From Nitrosopumilus sp. (GTDB taxonomy: Archaea > Thermoproteota > Nitrososphaeria > Nitrososphaerales > Nitrosopumilaceae), in NCBI GenBank assembly GCA_963667665.2, contig OY763927.2, forward strand, positions 352,001-416,000: a stretch of DNA of 64,000 nt, given 5' to 3'. The position numbers were made by a program, and so were the translations under genes. The notes beneath the pieces are model-generated. The model had not been told where the DNA came from. It searched no databases and saw only the letters and a program-made list of their open reading frames with translations. Below are positions 1-10,700 of the stretch, piece after piece (position 1 is the first letter of the stretch; every line of letters starts with the position of its first letter).

Positions 1-94
1 AATTTATGAAATTATAAAGACTAATTAGAATTACTAATCAAACAATTTCAACTAAAACTATCATTACCCCTAAATCATATGTAATAACAGACAA

Positions 95-622
95 ATGAAA
101 ACTACAAAACTTAGATGGGTAGATCTATTCATTATTGCAGCGATAATTCAGGGTGCAATAATTGCCATAATGGCTGTAGTCATTATAGCAATCCAAGTAA
201 TTAATAGCGATATTAACATAATTCAATATCTTTCATTATCTTTTGGAGGATCTGGCAAATGGTTCTTTTTTGGAGTAATATTTCATCTCATCATAATAGT
301 TGCAATAGCAGTTACTGCATTATTTTACAGTCATCTTGAAATTACTTTGAAGAAAAAATTCTCAAGAAAATCAAATGTGTTGGCTACGATTCACTTGATT
401 GGAATGAATGTTGGAGGTGCAGGATCTATGATGATAATGACATATGCAGGTTTAGCAGGCACTGGATTGCTTACAGTTTTTACTGAAGGAAAACTAGGTC
501 CAAAAGATCTTGCCATTCTAGATTCATTCATAGAACCAATTGGTGGATTTATTGCACTTTTAGCAATTGGTGTTATGTGTGGTGGTTTGGGTTTTGTGTT
601 GGCATACAGAAATAATTCATAA
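95..622 (+). CDS. Hypothetical integral membrane protein (about 4 TM helices)
   Basis: 175-aa ORF with four long hydrophobic segments. Confidence 0.75.
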   Translation: MKTTKLRWVDLFIIAAIIQGAIIAIMAVVIIAIQVINSDINIIQYLSLSFGGSGKWFFFGVIFHLIIIVAIAVTALFYSHLEITLKKKFSRKSNVLATIHLIGMNVGGAGSMMIMTYAGLAGTGLLTVFTEGKLGPKDLAILDSFIEPIGGFIALLAIGVMCGGLGFVLAYRNNS

Positions 623-755
623 AAATAGTGATAGAAAATTATGGGCCTAACTTATTGCAAAAGGTTGATTGGCAGTCGACTCTCCTGTATTTTACCTAAA
701 AAAGCATACACAGGTGGATGCATTAGTTTTTTTACGAAAGAAAAAATGAAAAAAC

Positions 756-1814
756 GTGAAAAATAGTCTGGAATCATCTGAGATCTCATCATCTGAGTGG
801 TTATCCCTAAATCAATTCCTCTACGAGATAAAGCAGATTGATTCATCATGCGTGTCTATCTATTATCCATATGGTAAGGGACAAGAAACAATATCTTTGC
901 TACAGGAAACAAAGAGAAATGAATCATTTGAAAAAATAGAATCAAAAATTGAAATTAGAATTGCCGAACTTAAAAAAAATCCGGTCTCTGTAGGCAAGTT
1001 TACAAAAACTCTGTGCATTTTTGGATGGATAAAAAATGGTAAAGTAAACATTAAAGTGATTGGCACCTCAAAAAAACTTCCATATATCTACATAGCAAGC
1101 AAAAAACCATTCATCAAACCATTCAACGATATTTTGAAAACCAATTATGATGTTTTAGTTGTTACACTTGATCAAAAATCAGCAAAAATACAGAAATTTC
1201 ATGGTAGTCAAATAATCCAAGAAGCTAAACTTAGAATTCATCTACAAGGACGACATAAAAAAGGTGGGCAAAGTCAAGGTAGATTTCTAAGAGCAAGACA
1301 AACCAAAATCCATGTTTTCTTCAAGAAAGTAGCAAACAAAGTCAGAATGATGGATTCAAATTCTGAATTACTCTTGTTGGGTGGAATTGGACCTGCAAAA
1401 ACAGAATTTTACGATGAACTTGATTCAGAGTTAGTAAAAAAATGTCGATTTGTAGAAACCTTATCTTTTTCCACTCCAAAAAATGATGTTGGTAAGAAAA
1501 TAATTCATCATTTGTATCAGCATAGACGAAAATATGTTACAGAAATTATTGAAAAATATGAAAATCTAGTCAAAGAAGGGTTAACTGCAAAAAGAAATAA
1601 TATTATTTTCAAGGCATTAGAAATTGGAGCAGTAGATACACTAATTATCTCTGCAAACTATCACACTACTCCTCAATTCAAAAATATCATGAAAATGATG
1701 GAGATGGCAAAAAACACATCAGCTAAAATAGAGTTTGCAGTTTCTCCAAAAATTATTAAAAAACTAGAAATTAATGATTCAGTTTTAGCCATACTTCGAT
1801 ATAGGGTAAAATAA
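756..1814 (+). CDS. aRF1/eRF1-like peptide release factor paralogue (eRF1 domains 2-3)
   Basis: HKKGGQSQGRFLR (GGQ motif) and GAVDTLII; no NIKS stop-recognition motif seen. Confidence 0.8.
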   Translation: MKNSLESSEISSSEWLSLNQFLYEIKQIDSSCVSIYYPYGKGQETISLLQETKRNESFEKIESKIEIRIAELKKNPVSVGKFTKTLCIFGWIKNGKVNIKVIGTSKKLPYIYIASKKPFIKPFNDILKTNYDVLVVTLDQKSAKIQKFHGSQIIQEAKLRIHLQGRHKKGGQSQGRFLRARQTKIHVFFKKVANKVRMMDSNSELLLLGGIGPAKTEFYDELDSELVKKCRFVETLSFSTPKNDVGKKIIHHLYQHRRKYVTEIIEKYENLVKEGLTAKRNNIIFKALEIGAVDTLIISANYHTTPQFKNIMKMMEMAKNTSAKIEFAVSPKIIKKLEINDSVLAILRYRVK

Positions 1815-2006
1815 TCTCATCTAACCTGAATTACGTCTAAATGGCTCTATTTCATTCATTAATCACTAGTATGATTTCTACGTCTCTATTAAATACAAAT
1901 TCTACAATTTATGATTATGACAATATTGTACATTCCTATAAGACCATCACGAAGAAATGATGACGAATATGAAGATTAATCTATTTTATTTTTAGATTTT
2001 TTATTC

Positions 2007-3776
2007 TTATCTTGATTCATCTACACAGAAAACAATTTCTGCTGAAGAACCTGCACTATCTGATACAAGGAAATTAAATGCATCTGCAATTCTTTGATTG
2101 TTTGGTTCTGAACCAGTAACTGTACCTGGAAATACTGTAAACATTCTAATTTTTGATTTTAGAACATCACTTAATTCTTGATTAACTGTAGTTGTAAATG
2201 GTCTTAGTGCTCCTCTGAAAACTTCTACCTGAGCTCTTTGTGTTCCTGAAACTTTTCTTCCAATTGGAAGGTCTGGACCAATTATCATGATTGCGCCTTT
2301 TGCATCTTTGTAAAGACGTGGATCTTTACCTCCACCTGGAACAAATTGTTCTAGTGCTCTCTGAGCTACAGTTGCTGGAGTTGAAATGAATTTTTCAACA
2401 AGTTCTTCCCATGCCGTTCTTGACAATTCAGTTAATTTTGATATTTCTGGTAATTTTCCTGTAACATGAACTACTGCTAGGATTTCACCGTGATTAGTTT
2501 TAGCAGTGTTTAGCCACTTTTCGACCTCTTCAGGATTTTTGATATCAAAAATATGGGTATGACATTTGCTACTAATGTGCTCTTGAAGTTCTTTTGGTGT
2601 AGATTCTGAAATGAAACATGCAGCTCTTCCTCCATTTTTCTCAATATGTTGTGCCAAAAATACTACTCTTTCTGCATCCACTTTATCAGTTGCATCAATG
2701 GTAAACACAACTACTTTGCCGCTAAAATCTGCTTGGTGAACTCCAGGTGTTGTAGTTCCAATATGTGGCCTTACAGGATAAAATACTCTATCTCCTGGAA
2801 CAACTTTTCCATTTAGAATTTTTGCCATTTCATCATCACACAAGTTGAGAACTGATTCTGAAACTTGTCCTTGTGATAGAAATTCTCGATTTGCTATCAT
2901 ATGTGATGTATTTTTTTGAATTTTTCCTGCAAGACTTTGAATTTGTTCTAATAACTTTGTAAATGTCTCAGTTACTTTGGCAACATCCTTTCCGTTTGCT
3001 AGTTTTTCAGCAACTTTTGCAATTCCCTCTGTATCTACTCCGTCTTTTAGTATACATTCTAACAATTCTTTACTTGCTTCTTCAACTTCAACTGGACTTA
3101 GATCTTCAAATCCAATGACTCTCATAAATTCTGAAGCTGCTTTTGGATAAACAGTCTTGTAAATTCGATCAGAATGAACTGGTCCTGGATTTGTCGCAAT
3201 AGATATGATTCCTTTGTCTGTTAATTCCCATGACATTGCCTCAGCTAGTCTGTTCTTTGCACCTTGAGATGCAGTGTATGGACTTCTAAATCTGTATGGT
3301 CTTTGTTCTAATGGTCTCTCTTCAGTAAAGAATGTTGAAATAGTAATTATCTTTCCTCCTTCTTTCATTACTTTTAGTGCTTGTACAGAGCCCCAAAATG
3401 TTCCCGTTAGGTGTATTGCAATAGTACTTTTGAATTCATCAAGTGGCGCATTTGCAAAACATGTAACAGGACCTGAAACCCCTGCATTGTTAATTATGTA
3501 ATCTATTGTAACGTTGTCATTTTTTAGTGAATCAAACATGTTATTCATTGCAGCTTCATCAGCTACATCAACTCCTGCAAAAATTGTAACTTTTGCTCCA
3601 CTGTTTACTTTGGATATGGCATCTTCTAGTTTTATTGCTGCTTCTTCTAACACTTCTTTTCTTCTTCCAAGGATAATTACACTTGCTCCATTTTCAACAA
3701 ATCTTGTAGCAATGGCTAAACCTATACCTGTCCCACTACCTGTAATTAGAGCAACTTTATCTTGAAATTTCAGCAT
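2007..3776 (-). CDS. Two-domain short-chain dehydrogenase/reductase
   Basis: KVALITGSGTGIG, INNAG, YTASQ; likely start is MLKFQDK (ATG at 3776) rather than 3881. Confidence 0.8.
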   Translation of the reverse strand: MLKFQDKVALITGSGTGIGLAIATRFVENGASVIILGRRKEVLEEAAIKLEDAISKVNSGAKVTIFAGVDVADEAAMNNMFDSLKNDNVTIDYIINNAGVSGPVTCFANAPLDEFKSTIAIHLTGTFWGSVQALKVMKEGGKIITISTFFTEERPLEQRPYRFRSPYTASQGAKNRLAEAMSWELTDKGIISIATNPGPVHSDRIYKTVYPKAASEFMRVIGFEDLSPVEVEEASKELLECILKDGVDTEGIAKVAEKLANGKDVAKVTETFTKLLEQIQSLAGKIQKNTSHMIANREFLSQGQVSESVLNLCDDEMAKILNGKVVPGDRVFYPVRPHIGTTTPGVHQADFSGKVVVFTIDATDKVDAERVVFLAQHIEKNGGRAACFISESTPKELQEHISSKCHTHIFDIKNPEEVEKWLNTAKTNHGEILAVVHVTGKLPEISKLTELSRTAWEELVEKFISTPATVAQRALEQFVPGGGKDPRLYKDAKGAIMIIGPDLPIGRKVSGTQRAQVEVFRGALRPFTTTVNQELSDVLKSKIRMFTVFPGTVTGSEPNNQRIADAFNFLVSDSAGSSAEIVFCVDESR

Positions 3777-3875
3777 AGATGGACTGTCAAACCTTTTGTG
3801 ATATTTAATTGGATTGATCCCTGGAGAAAATATTTTCTTGATATCTTTATTTGTGGGTATGACTCTTGATTTTTT

Positions 3876-4112
3876 ATGCATGATGCAGAATTAGATACAT
3901 TTGTTTCTAAAACATGGCCTGAAAAATTTAATGATATGTTAAAGGAGATCGGAGTAGATTCAGAATCAAAAGAAATTGGAACTGATGATGTTGAAAAAGA
4001 TGATTACTATAGTAGATATTTTGCTCAAACACCTAGAATGATTACTAATCGAGGATGCCTTGATGTCAAGAATTCTAACATTGATGTAATACAAATTATT
4101 CAAAAGGGATAA
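3876..4112 (+). CDS. Small hypothetical protein (start uncertain)
   Basis: 78-aa ORF ending 2 nt before the next gene. Confidence 0.55.
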   Translation: MHDAELDTFVSKTWPEKFNDMLKEIGVDSESKEIGTDDVEKDDYYSRYFAQTPRMITNRGCLDVKNSNIDVIQIIQKG

Positions 4113-4114
4113 AG

Positions 4115-4492
4115 ATGCAAGATCCAAATCCAATCCCCTGGGGTGCACAAGACCGATTTCAAGCACATTTCATTGTAAGAAAGGATGCTGGAAACGCAGT
4201 TGGAGACTATCTTGCAAAAACAATACTAACAACTAAAGGGCATTTTGGTTCAAAAACTGTTGTTAAAGTTGAATGGAATGGTCCTGGTAGTTTGGCTTCA
4301 AAACTAAATGGTGATAACGAACTAAATGAAATGATTGCAAAGCAATCGATCAAAAATGCTACTATCTATGTGGAGCCTACTGAGGAAGCAATCAGAATTA
4401 GAAGTAAATGGGATAATCATATTGCCTTTGGTATTACCAAAGAACTTTATGAAATTTATAATAAAATAGCTGGTCACATTAAAGCAATCTAA
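4115..4492 (+). CDS. Hypothetical protein
   Basis: 125-aa ORF with protein-like composition. Confidence 0.7.
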   Translation: MQDPNPIPWGAQDRFQAHFIVRKDAGNAVGDYLAKTILTTKGHFGSKTVVKVEWNGPGSLASKLNGDNELNEMIAKQSIKNATIYVEPTEEAIRIRSKWDNHIAFGITKELYEIYNKIAGHIKAI

Positions 4493-5025
4493 GCTTTCCA
4501 CCAGTCTAAAGCAAGAAAATCTACTTTGTCTTTACCTTTTGGAATTGCTAAGATGAATTGTTTTCTTACTGTTGATGCAAGTCTTCCTGCAAGAACAATC
4601 CCTGTTGATGAAATTGATTCATTTCTATTGTAAACTTGAATCAGATATGGTGCATGATCAATTCCTGGCCCTTTTTCATAGACTGCAAAGTCACATCCGA
4701 ATTTTATTCCGGGATTGATGATGTATCCTTTGTCTCTAAAATTTTTGTAAACTAGATATTTTTTATCAAAATCATGATATTCTTGTTTACAAATCTCAAT
4801 CATTTGATCAATGTTTAATTTTTGTTTTGATTTGGTAATTGTAATTTTCTTATTTTCTAAAAGGTACAGCCCTTCGATAAGATCTAAAATTAATGGAACA
4901 TCTATTTCTTCAATTTTTGGTTTTGGAATGCCTATTGGTTTTCCATAGTATCCTTGACTGAAAAGTTTACGTGAATCCTCTATATTCCAAACAATGATTC
5001 TATTTTCTATTAACTCACTTTTCAT
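4489..5025 (-). CDS. endA: tRNA-splicing endonuclease
   Basis: GIKFGCDFAVY..GPGIDHAPY, GRLASTVRK (Y/H/K catalytic triad). Confidence 0.95.
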   Translation of the reverse strand: MKSELIENRIIVWNIEDSRKLFSQGYYGKPIGIPKPKIEEIDVPLILDLIEGLYLLENKKITITKSKQKLNIDQMIEICKQEYHDFDKKYLVYKNFRDKGYIINPGIKFGCDFAVYEKGPGIDHAPYLIQVYNRNESISSTGIVLAGRLASTVRKQFILAIPKGKDKVDFLALDWWKA

Positions 5026-5124
5026 AATTCTTGGCTATCATTATGTGTATATGAATTCTTTAGTTGAATATAGTAATTTTGAAGAATTAAAAATAAAGTA
5101 AAAATGAAAAATTATGTGTTTTCT

Positions 5125-5790
5125 TTACAGGCTCAATGCTAGTAATATGAAAGAATCTGAGACTCGTTGGCATTTATCTGCCATCTCTTCTATTCCCTCT
5201 ATCACATCTTTCATCAACAACAATTCTTTTGTATTTGATATTTCGGATAGAACTTTGATTGTTGCTTGTCTATATTTGATATCAATTTCTCTCTCTATTG
5301 TTTGTGTTTCTTGAGCTAATTCAATTGCATTAGCAGTGTTTGTGTTAAGACTTCTAATGATTTCATTTAGCTTGTAAACTTCATCAACAACTAGTTCAAT
5401 TAACTTTGTGATGTCCTGGTTAAGTTTTGCACTTTTTAGTGTAGTTACTTTGACGTTTGAGAGTTTGAATGCAATACCTGTAATGTAACCTGCAATTTCA
5501 TCCATTGTGTATGCTGTATTGAGAAGATTTTCTCTATTCATGATTAATCCTCCTACGTCAGCTACTTCACGTGTAATCTTTCTTCTTAGATTTTCTACTT
5601 CTTCTTCAATAGTTGAAATTTGTTCTAGTACACCTTTGATTCCTGCCTTATCTTTTTTTAACATAAGTTCAGGTAGTGTTGCAAGTTCTCTGGCAGCGTT
5701 TAGAATTCGGTTAATTTCGTCTTGTAAAACTGCTATGGCCTTTCTTTTTGCTTGAACTTCAAGTTCTCCACTATACATAACAGAAATCAA
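5125..5790 (-). CDS. DUF47 / PhoU-like phosphate transport regulator
   Basis: IEEEVENLRR, IEREID, EEMADKC helical repeats. Confidence 0.85.
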   Translation of the reverse strand: MISVMYSGELEVQAKRKAIAVLQDEINRILNAARELATLPELMLKKDKAGIKGVLEQISTIEEEVENLRRKITREVADVGGLIMNRENLLNTAYTMDEIAGYITGIAFKLSNVKVTTLKSAKLNQDITKLIELVVDEVYKLNEIIRSLNTNTANAIELAQETQTIEREIDIKYRQATIKVLSEISNTKELLLMKDVIEGIEEMADKCQRVSDSFILLALSL

Positions 5791-5844
5791 AAATTCCTGA
5801 GGTAATTTAAATCATCTTTGATTATTGATGTTTTTTGAGCACGA

Positions 5845-7611
5845 TTATATCAAATTTTTATCATGTGCTACTTTTTTTTGACCTTTGTATAATGTAATTA
5901 CTTCTTCATTTGTTGATGCATCTTCAACTGCTTTCTCAATTCTGATCTTTCCTGTAAATTTTGGAAATCTTAAAGCAAGACCATACTCTTTTCTTATCTT
6001 GCCTCTTGCTGCTTTGTGAATTGGACTTAATGTAATTTCTGATGCTACAACTTCGATTACTAGTTCTGGTTCAAACCACACATCCGCTTCCATTTCACTA
6101 TCTATGCGAGGATTTTTCTTGATTGTAACTTTTGGATTTAAAATTTGATACAACTGGTCCAAACTTTCATCTGAAAAGCCTGTTCCTACTTTGCAAATGC
6201 TAGTGAATATGTCATCATCTTCATCATATGTTGCAAGTAGTAGTGTTCCATAGTTTCCAGTCCTTCTTCCTTTTCCAAAAAATCCTCCTATTACCACAAG
6301 ATCTAAACTATCCCCTAATTCATTTTGATACTCTCGTTTTAGCTTTAACCAATTACTTCCTCTTGAACCTGCTTGGTATGGTTTATCGAGCATCTTTAGC
6401 ATCAATCCCTCACTACCTGCATTAATGCTATTTTCAAAAAAGTCATTAACTTCATTTTCATTTTTGACTATTGTCATTGGGATATATTTTGCAAATTCAT
6501 CTTCTTTTACAATTTTTTCTAATTTTTCTCGCCTATCTTTGTAGTTTAACTCTAAGCAGCTTTTTCCATTACAGTATAAAATATCAAAAAAATTTATTGT
6601 AATTGGATACTGAGTAACTGCTTTTTCTATCTTGTATTTTCTTCTCCTATGCATTAATTCTTGAAATGGTAAAAATGCTCCCGTACTTTCTTTAATTGCA
6701 ACTGCCTCTGCTTCTAAAATTACATTCTCTGCTTGAATTGCTTTTGGAATTTTTTCTATGATATCCGGATAATAACTTGTAATGTTTTCTAAACTCCTAG
6801 AAAATAATACGACTTTGTCTCCTTCGATGTGAAGCTGAACTCTTTCTCCATCTAGCTTGTATTCAGCTGCAAAATCATTTCCCAATTTTTCAATTGCCTC
6901 TTCTTCACTTTTTACTCTGTCAGCGAGCATTGGTCTGATGGGATTAAACAAAATAATCTCAAATTTTTCAATTCCTTCGAGACCTTTTGTTGCTATAGTT
7001 TCAGCAACTTTTCCTAAATCACTTGAAACGTTATATGCGTGTTCCAAAATTTTTCTGTTATCTTTATTTCCAGAAAATGCTATTGCTAATGCATCCATTA
7101 CTGTGTTCTCTGCAATTCCTAATCTCAAAGAACCTAACAAAATCTTTAAAATGAAACTTGCCTCTAAAGGACTTGCATCATTAAGTAAACTCGAAATATA
7201 TTTTATCTTCATATCTTGTGATCGAGTTCCTTCTAACTTGGCAATTTTGAATAAAGTTTCATAAACTCTCTCGACTGTGATATCTTCTACAAGAAATGTT
7301 GTCTGTGTTTTTTGTTCTAGTATTACTGATGCCGCATGTCCAAGATCTCCTTCTTTTCTATATTCTTCTTCTATTTTCTTAACTGGAATTCCTGATGACT
7401 TTGAGATTGCTCTTATTGCAAGTTTTTCAGCAACACCTAACTCAATTCCTTCAAAATCTGGCCTTAGTTTTCCTTGTAATAGATACACAATCTTCGAAAT
7501 TACATCATGAGGTGTTTTTTCAAATAATTCTACTAGAAACTGTGTTAACTCTAATCTTTTTCTAGTTGATTCCATTTGGTTAAAAGAATCAGCTAAAACA
7601 GAAAACTCCAT
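5845..7611 (-). CDS. lig: ATP-dependent DNA ligase
   Basis: EYKLDGER, EGLMLK, WLKLK, LRFPKF motifs. Confidence 0.97.
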   Translation of the reverse strand: MEFSVLADSFNQMESTRKRLELTQFLVELFEKTPHDVISKIVYLLQGKLRPDFEGIELGVAEKLAIRAISKSSGIPVKKIEEEYRKEGDLGHAASVILEQKTQTTFLVEDITVERVYETLFKIAKLEGTRSQDMKIKYISSLLNDASPLEASFILKILLGSLRLGIAENTVMDALAIAFSGNKDNRKILEHAYNVSSDLGKVAETIATKGLEGIEKFEIILFNPIRPMLADRVKSEEEAIEKLGNDFAAEYKLDGERVQLHIEGDKVVLFSRSLENITSYYPDIIEKIPKAIQAENVILEAEAVAIKESTGAFLPFQELMHRRRKYKIEKAVTQYPITINFFDILYCNGKSCLELNYKDRREKLEKIVKEDEFAKYIPMTIVKNENEVNDFFENSINAGSEGLMLKMLDKPYQAGSRGSNWLKLKREYQNELGDSLDLVVIGGFFGKGRRTGNYGTLLLATYDEDDDIFTSICKVGTGFSDESLDQLYQILNPKVTIKKNPRIDSEMEADVWFEPELVIEVVASEITLSPIHKAARGKIRKEYGLALRFPKFTGKIRIEKAVEDASTNEEVITLYKGQKKVAHDKNLI

Positions 7612-7648
7612 TCTAATCCTCTACGTAATCCTGAATAAAAGTTTGAAA

Positions 7649-8062
7649 CTAGATGTATCTGAAAATTGTTGGTTTGTCTGATTCTGGTTGTTTAGAGACT
7701 AGTGCAAAGTTGTATAGTGGATATTCTTTTTTGTATTGTTTCATGAAACTCCAAGCAACATCATGTGTTTTGAATTCAGTTCTAATGCCGTCAATTTGAC
7801 TCTTATTTCCAAACACATCAAAAATTACCACTGAATATTGTTTTGGGCGATTATGTGGTCTTGCTTTAACTAACCAAAATAATGCAAAAACAAAAACTGA
7901 GCCTAAAATTACATACTCCCCAGCCATTTTGAAAAATGTTAAAATGATTCCTGGTATGATTTTACCAAATAAAACAACCATGAAATCTGAAAATGTAACT
8001 AATGCTAATACTGTAACCAGATAGGTCTTATAATCAAAAACTTTTTGAAAATAATTATCCAT
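7649..8062 (-). CDS. Hypothetical membrane protein
   Basis: 137 aa, two N-terminal TM segments. Confidence 0.7.
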   Translation of the reverse strand: MDNYFQKVFDYKTYLVTVLALVTFSDFMVVLFGKIIPGIILTFFKMAGEYVILGSVFVFALFWLVKARPHNRPKQYSVVIFDVFGNKSQIDGIRTEFKTHDVAWSFMKQYKKEYPLYNFALVSKQPESDKPTIFRYI

Positions 8063-8125
8063 CTATTTTTGAGAGGTCTTTTTTGATTTAACTATTTCTT
8101 AAAATTTTGATGACAAACTAAACTG

Positions 8126-9262
8126 TTAATCTGGATCTTCGTATTTCTCTTTCTTTTCGCCACGTGTGGTGTATCCATCCATTGGCTTCATCTTGCTTTC
8201 AAGAATACTCATTCTATCTTTGTAACCTTCAGCATATTCTAATTCTGATGGAACAAGAGTTGCTGGATGAATAAATCCTTGACTTCTAATTGACATTGCT
8301 TTCTTTGTTGCAATTTCTCTTATGTAATCCCAGTCTGGAGTTGAGAATCCATCAAATGGACCAGTAAACTTTCCATTATGCATACTAAACACTAGTGCCT
8401 CAACAATTGGAATACAGAAATTGATCGTTGCTGGGGAATTTAGTTTTACAGGCATTAGTGGCATGTTATGACTGCCTCTTGTGTTTCCTGCCACATAATG
8501 TGGATTATTAAATACACTTCCAACCTCTTCTGTAGCTGGAAAATTCTTTTGTGTTCTAACTAGACATATTGGATCATCTTTTCCAACATATGTTCCTGCA
8601 ATGTTATGTAGTCTATCTGTTGATGCTGCAAGAATTGGCTCTCCATCTTTAGTATTTACTGAATCAACAACATATCTTCCTGGATACATTAATGCAGCTT
8701 CAATAGTTGGTTTGTCTTGCCACAATTCAAGTTCAGCAATTGTGCCTTGTTCTACATCCATTATGTTTATCTTTACTCCACTAGCAAGTGATTTGTTTAC
8801 AATCAAACCTGTATTACTTAATGCATCTACGAACATTCTGTAAATTGGATAGTTGAATGCTCCCGGTTCTGTTTTGTCTGCTGCAAAAACTGTGAATGCT
8901 TCATTTGGTCTTTCTTCAAATTCTAATTCTGCAACGCCTGGACCCATGCCTTTGATATTTCCTGAAAATGAATCTTTTAGCAAATCTTGTCCTGCACCAT
9001 ACAGTCCTTCCTCTTTAGCAACTTCTGTTCCTGCCATGAATGCATCCCAAGCTAGTTTGTGAATTTGTTCGTTTTCCACTCCATGTGTGTGAGACATTAC
9101 AATGTGAACGTCATCCCCACAATATCCTATGTAATGATCAATTAGTAGATCTGCTGAATTTTTTACTGTATTTCTTACTGCTTCAATTAAAGCATCACTT
9201 GGTTTTGTATGTCCGCCAACTCCGCCGACATCTGCTTTGATAACTGAAACTGTAATTTTCAT
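8126..9262 (-). CDS. fbp: Bifunctional fructose-1,6-bisphosphate aldolase/phosphatase (class V FBPase)
   Basis: IKADVGG, LYGAGQDLL, DKTEPGAFN, YVGKDDP, RGSHNMPL. Confidence 0.96.
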   Translation of the reverse strand: MKITVSVIKADVGGVGGHTKPSDALIEAVRNTVKNSADLLIDHYIGYCGDDVHIVMSHTHGVENEQIHKLAWDAFMAGTEVAKEEGLYGAGQDLLKDSFSGNIKGMGPGVAELEFEERPNEAFTVFAADKTEPGAFNYPIYRMFVDALSNTGLIVNKSLASGVKINIMDVEQGTIAELELWQDKPTIEAALMYPGRYVVDSVNTKDGEPILAASTDRLHNIAGTYVGKDDPICLVRTQKNFPATEEVGSVFNNPHYVAGNTRGSHNMPLMPVKLNSPATINFCIPIVEALVFSMHNGKFTGPFDGFSTPDWDYIREIATKKAMSIRSQGFIHPATLVPSELEYAEGYKDRMSILESKMKPMDGYTTRGEKKEKYEDPD

Positions 9263-9392
9263 ATTTTCTCTTTTTACCTCTTTGATTTATGTGCTTTTGA
9301 TAAAGTATTAAGATCTAAAATAAATTGAAAAAAACTATACTTTTTTTCAAAAATTCATAACGCTAATAAATGACCTCTGAGAGGCAGTCCAT

Positions 9393-10691
9393 ATGGCAAA
9401 CAAACCCCACTTGAACATGATTGTCACAGGCCACATCGATAATGGTAAATCAACAACTATGGGACATTTCTTGATGGATCTAGGCGTTGTAGATGAAAGA
9501 ACAATTGCAGCACATGCAGTTGAATCTGAAAAGACCGGAAAAGGTGATACTTTCAAGTATGCATGGGTTATGGATAACATCAAAGATGAAAGAGAAAGAG
9601 GTATCACTATTGATCTTGCTTTCCAAAAATTTGAATCTGCAAAATACTTCTTTACATTAATTGACGCACCAGGACATAGGGATTTTATTAAAAATATGAT
9701 TACAGGCGCTTCTGAAGCAGATGCCGCCATTTTAGTACTTTCAGCAAAAGAAGGTGAAACAGACACTGCAATTGCAGCAGGTGGACAAGCAAGAGAACAT
9801 GCATTCTTACTAAAAACACTCGGTGTAAGCCAACTAATTGTTGCAATCAATAAAATGGATGCAGTTGACTATAAAGAGGACGCATTCAAAGCAGCCAAAG
9901 AAAAAGGTGAAAAATTGATAAAATCTGTAGGTTACAAATTAGAAAATGTAGCCGTTATTCCAGTTTCTGGATGGAAAGGAGACAATTTAGTTAAAAAAAC
10001 TGAGAATATGCCATGGTACTCTGGAAAGACACTCCTTGAAGCATTTGATGACTTTACAATACCAGATAAACCAACTGGTAAACCACTACGTGTCCCAATC
10101 CAAGATGTTTACACAATTACTGGTGTAGGTACAGTACCTGTCGGTAGAGTTGAAACTGGAACTATGAAAGCAGGAGAGAAAATAATTGTAATGCCTTCTG
10201 GTGCCTTGGGTGAAATCAAATCTATTGAAACTCACCATACTGAAATGCCATCTGCTGAAGCAGGTGATAACATTGGTTTCAATCTTAGAGGTATTGAGAA
10301 GAAAGACATCAAGAGAGGGGATGTACTTGGAACTCCTGATAAACCACCAATGGTTGCAAAAGAATTCAAAGCACAAATTATAGTTATTCACCATCCAACA
10401 GCAATTGCTCCTGGTTATACTCCAGTAATGCATGCACATACTACACAAGTTGCAGCAACTGTTACTGAATTTCTTCAAAAGATTAATCCAGCAACTGGAG
10501 CAGTTGAGGAAGAAAATCCAAAGTTCTTAAAAGTTGGTGATTCTGCAATTGTAAAAATTAGACCTGTACGACCAACTTGTATCGAAACTTTCCAAGACTT
10601 CCCTGAGATGGGTAGATTTGCACTCAGAGATATGGGTGCAACAATCGCAGCAGGAATAGTTAAAGAAATTACCGAAGAGTACAAACCATAG
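9393..10691 (+). CDS. tuf: Translation elongation factor EF-1alpha
   Basis: GHIDNGKST, ERERGITI, DAPGHRDF, NKMD. Confidence 0.99.
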   Translation: MANKPHLNMIVTGHIDNGKSTTMGHFLMDLGVVDERTIAAHAVESEKTGKGDTFKYAWVMDNIKDERERGITIDLAFQKFESAKYFFTLIDAPGHRDFIKNMITGASEADAAILVLSAKEGETDTAIAAGGQAREHAFLLKTLGVSQLIVAINKMDAVDYKEDAFKAAKEKGEKLIKSVGYKLENVAVIPVSGWKGDNLVKKTENMPWYSGKTLLEAFDDFTIPDKPTGKPLRVPIQDVYTITGVGTVPVGRVETGTMKAGEKIIVMPSGALGEIKSIETHHTEMPSAEAGDNIGFNLRGIEKKDIKRGDVLGTPDKPPMVAKEFKAQIIVIHHPTAIAPGYTPVMHAHTTQVAATVTEFLQKINPATGAVEEENPKFLKVGDSAIVKIRPVRPTCIETFQDFPEMGRFALRDMGATIAAGIVKEITEEYKP

Positions 10692-10700
10692 GCAATTTTC

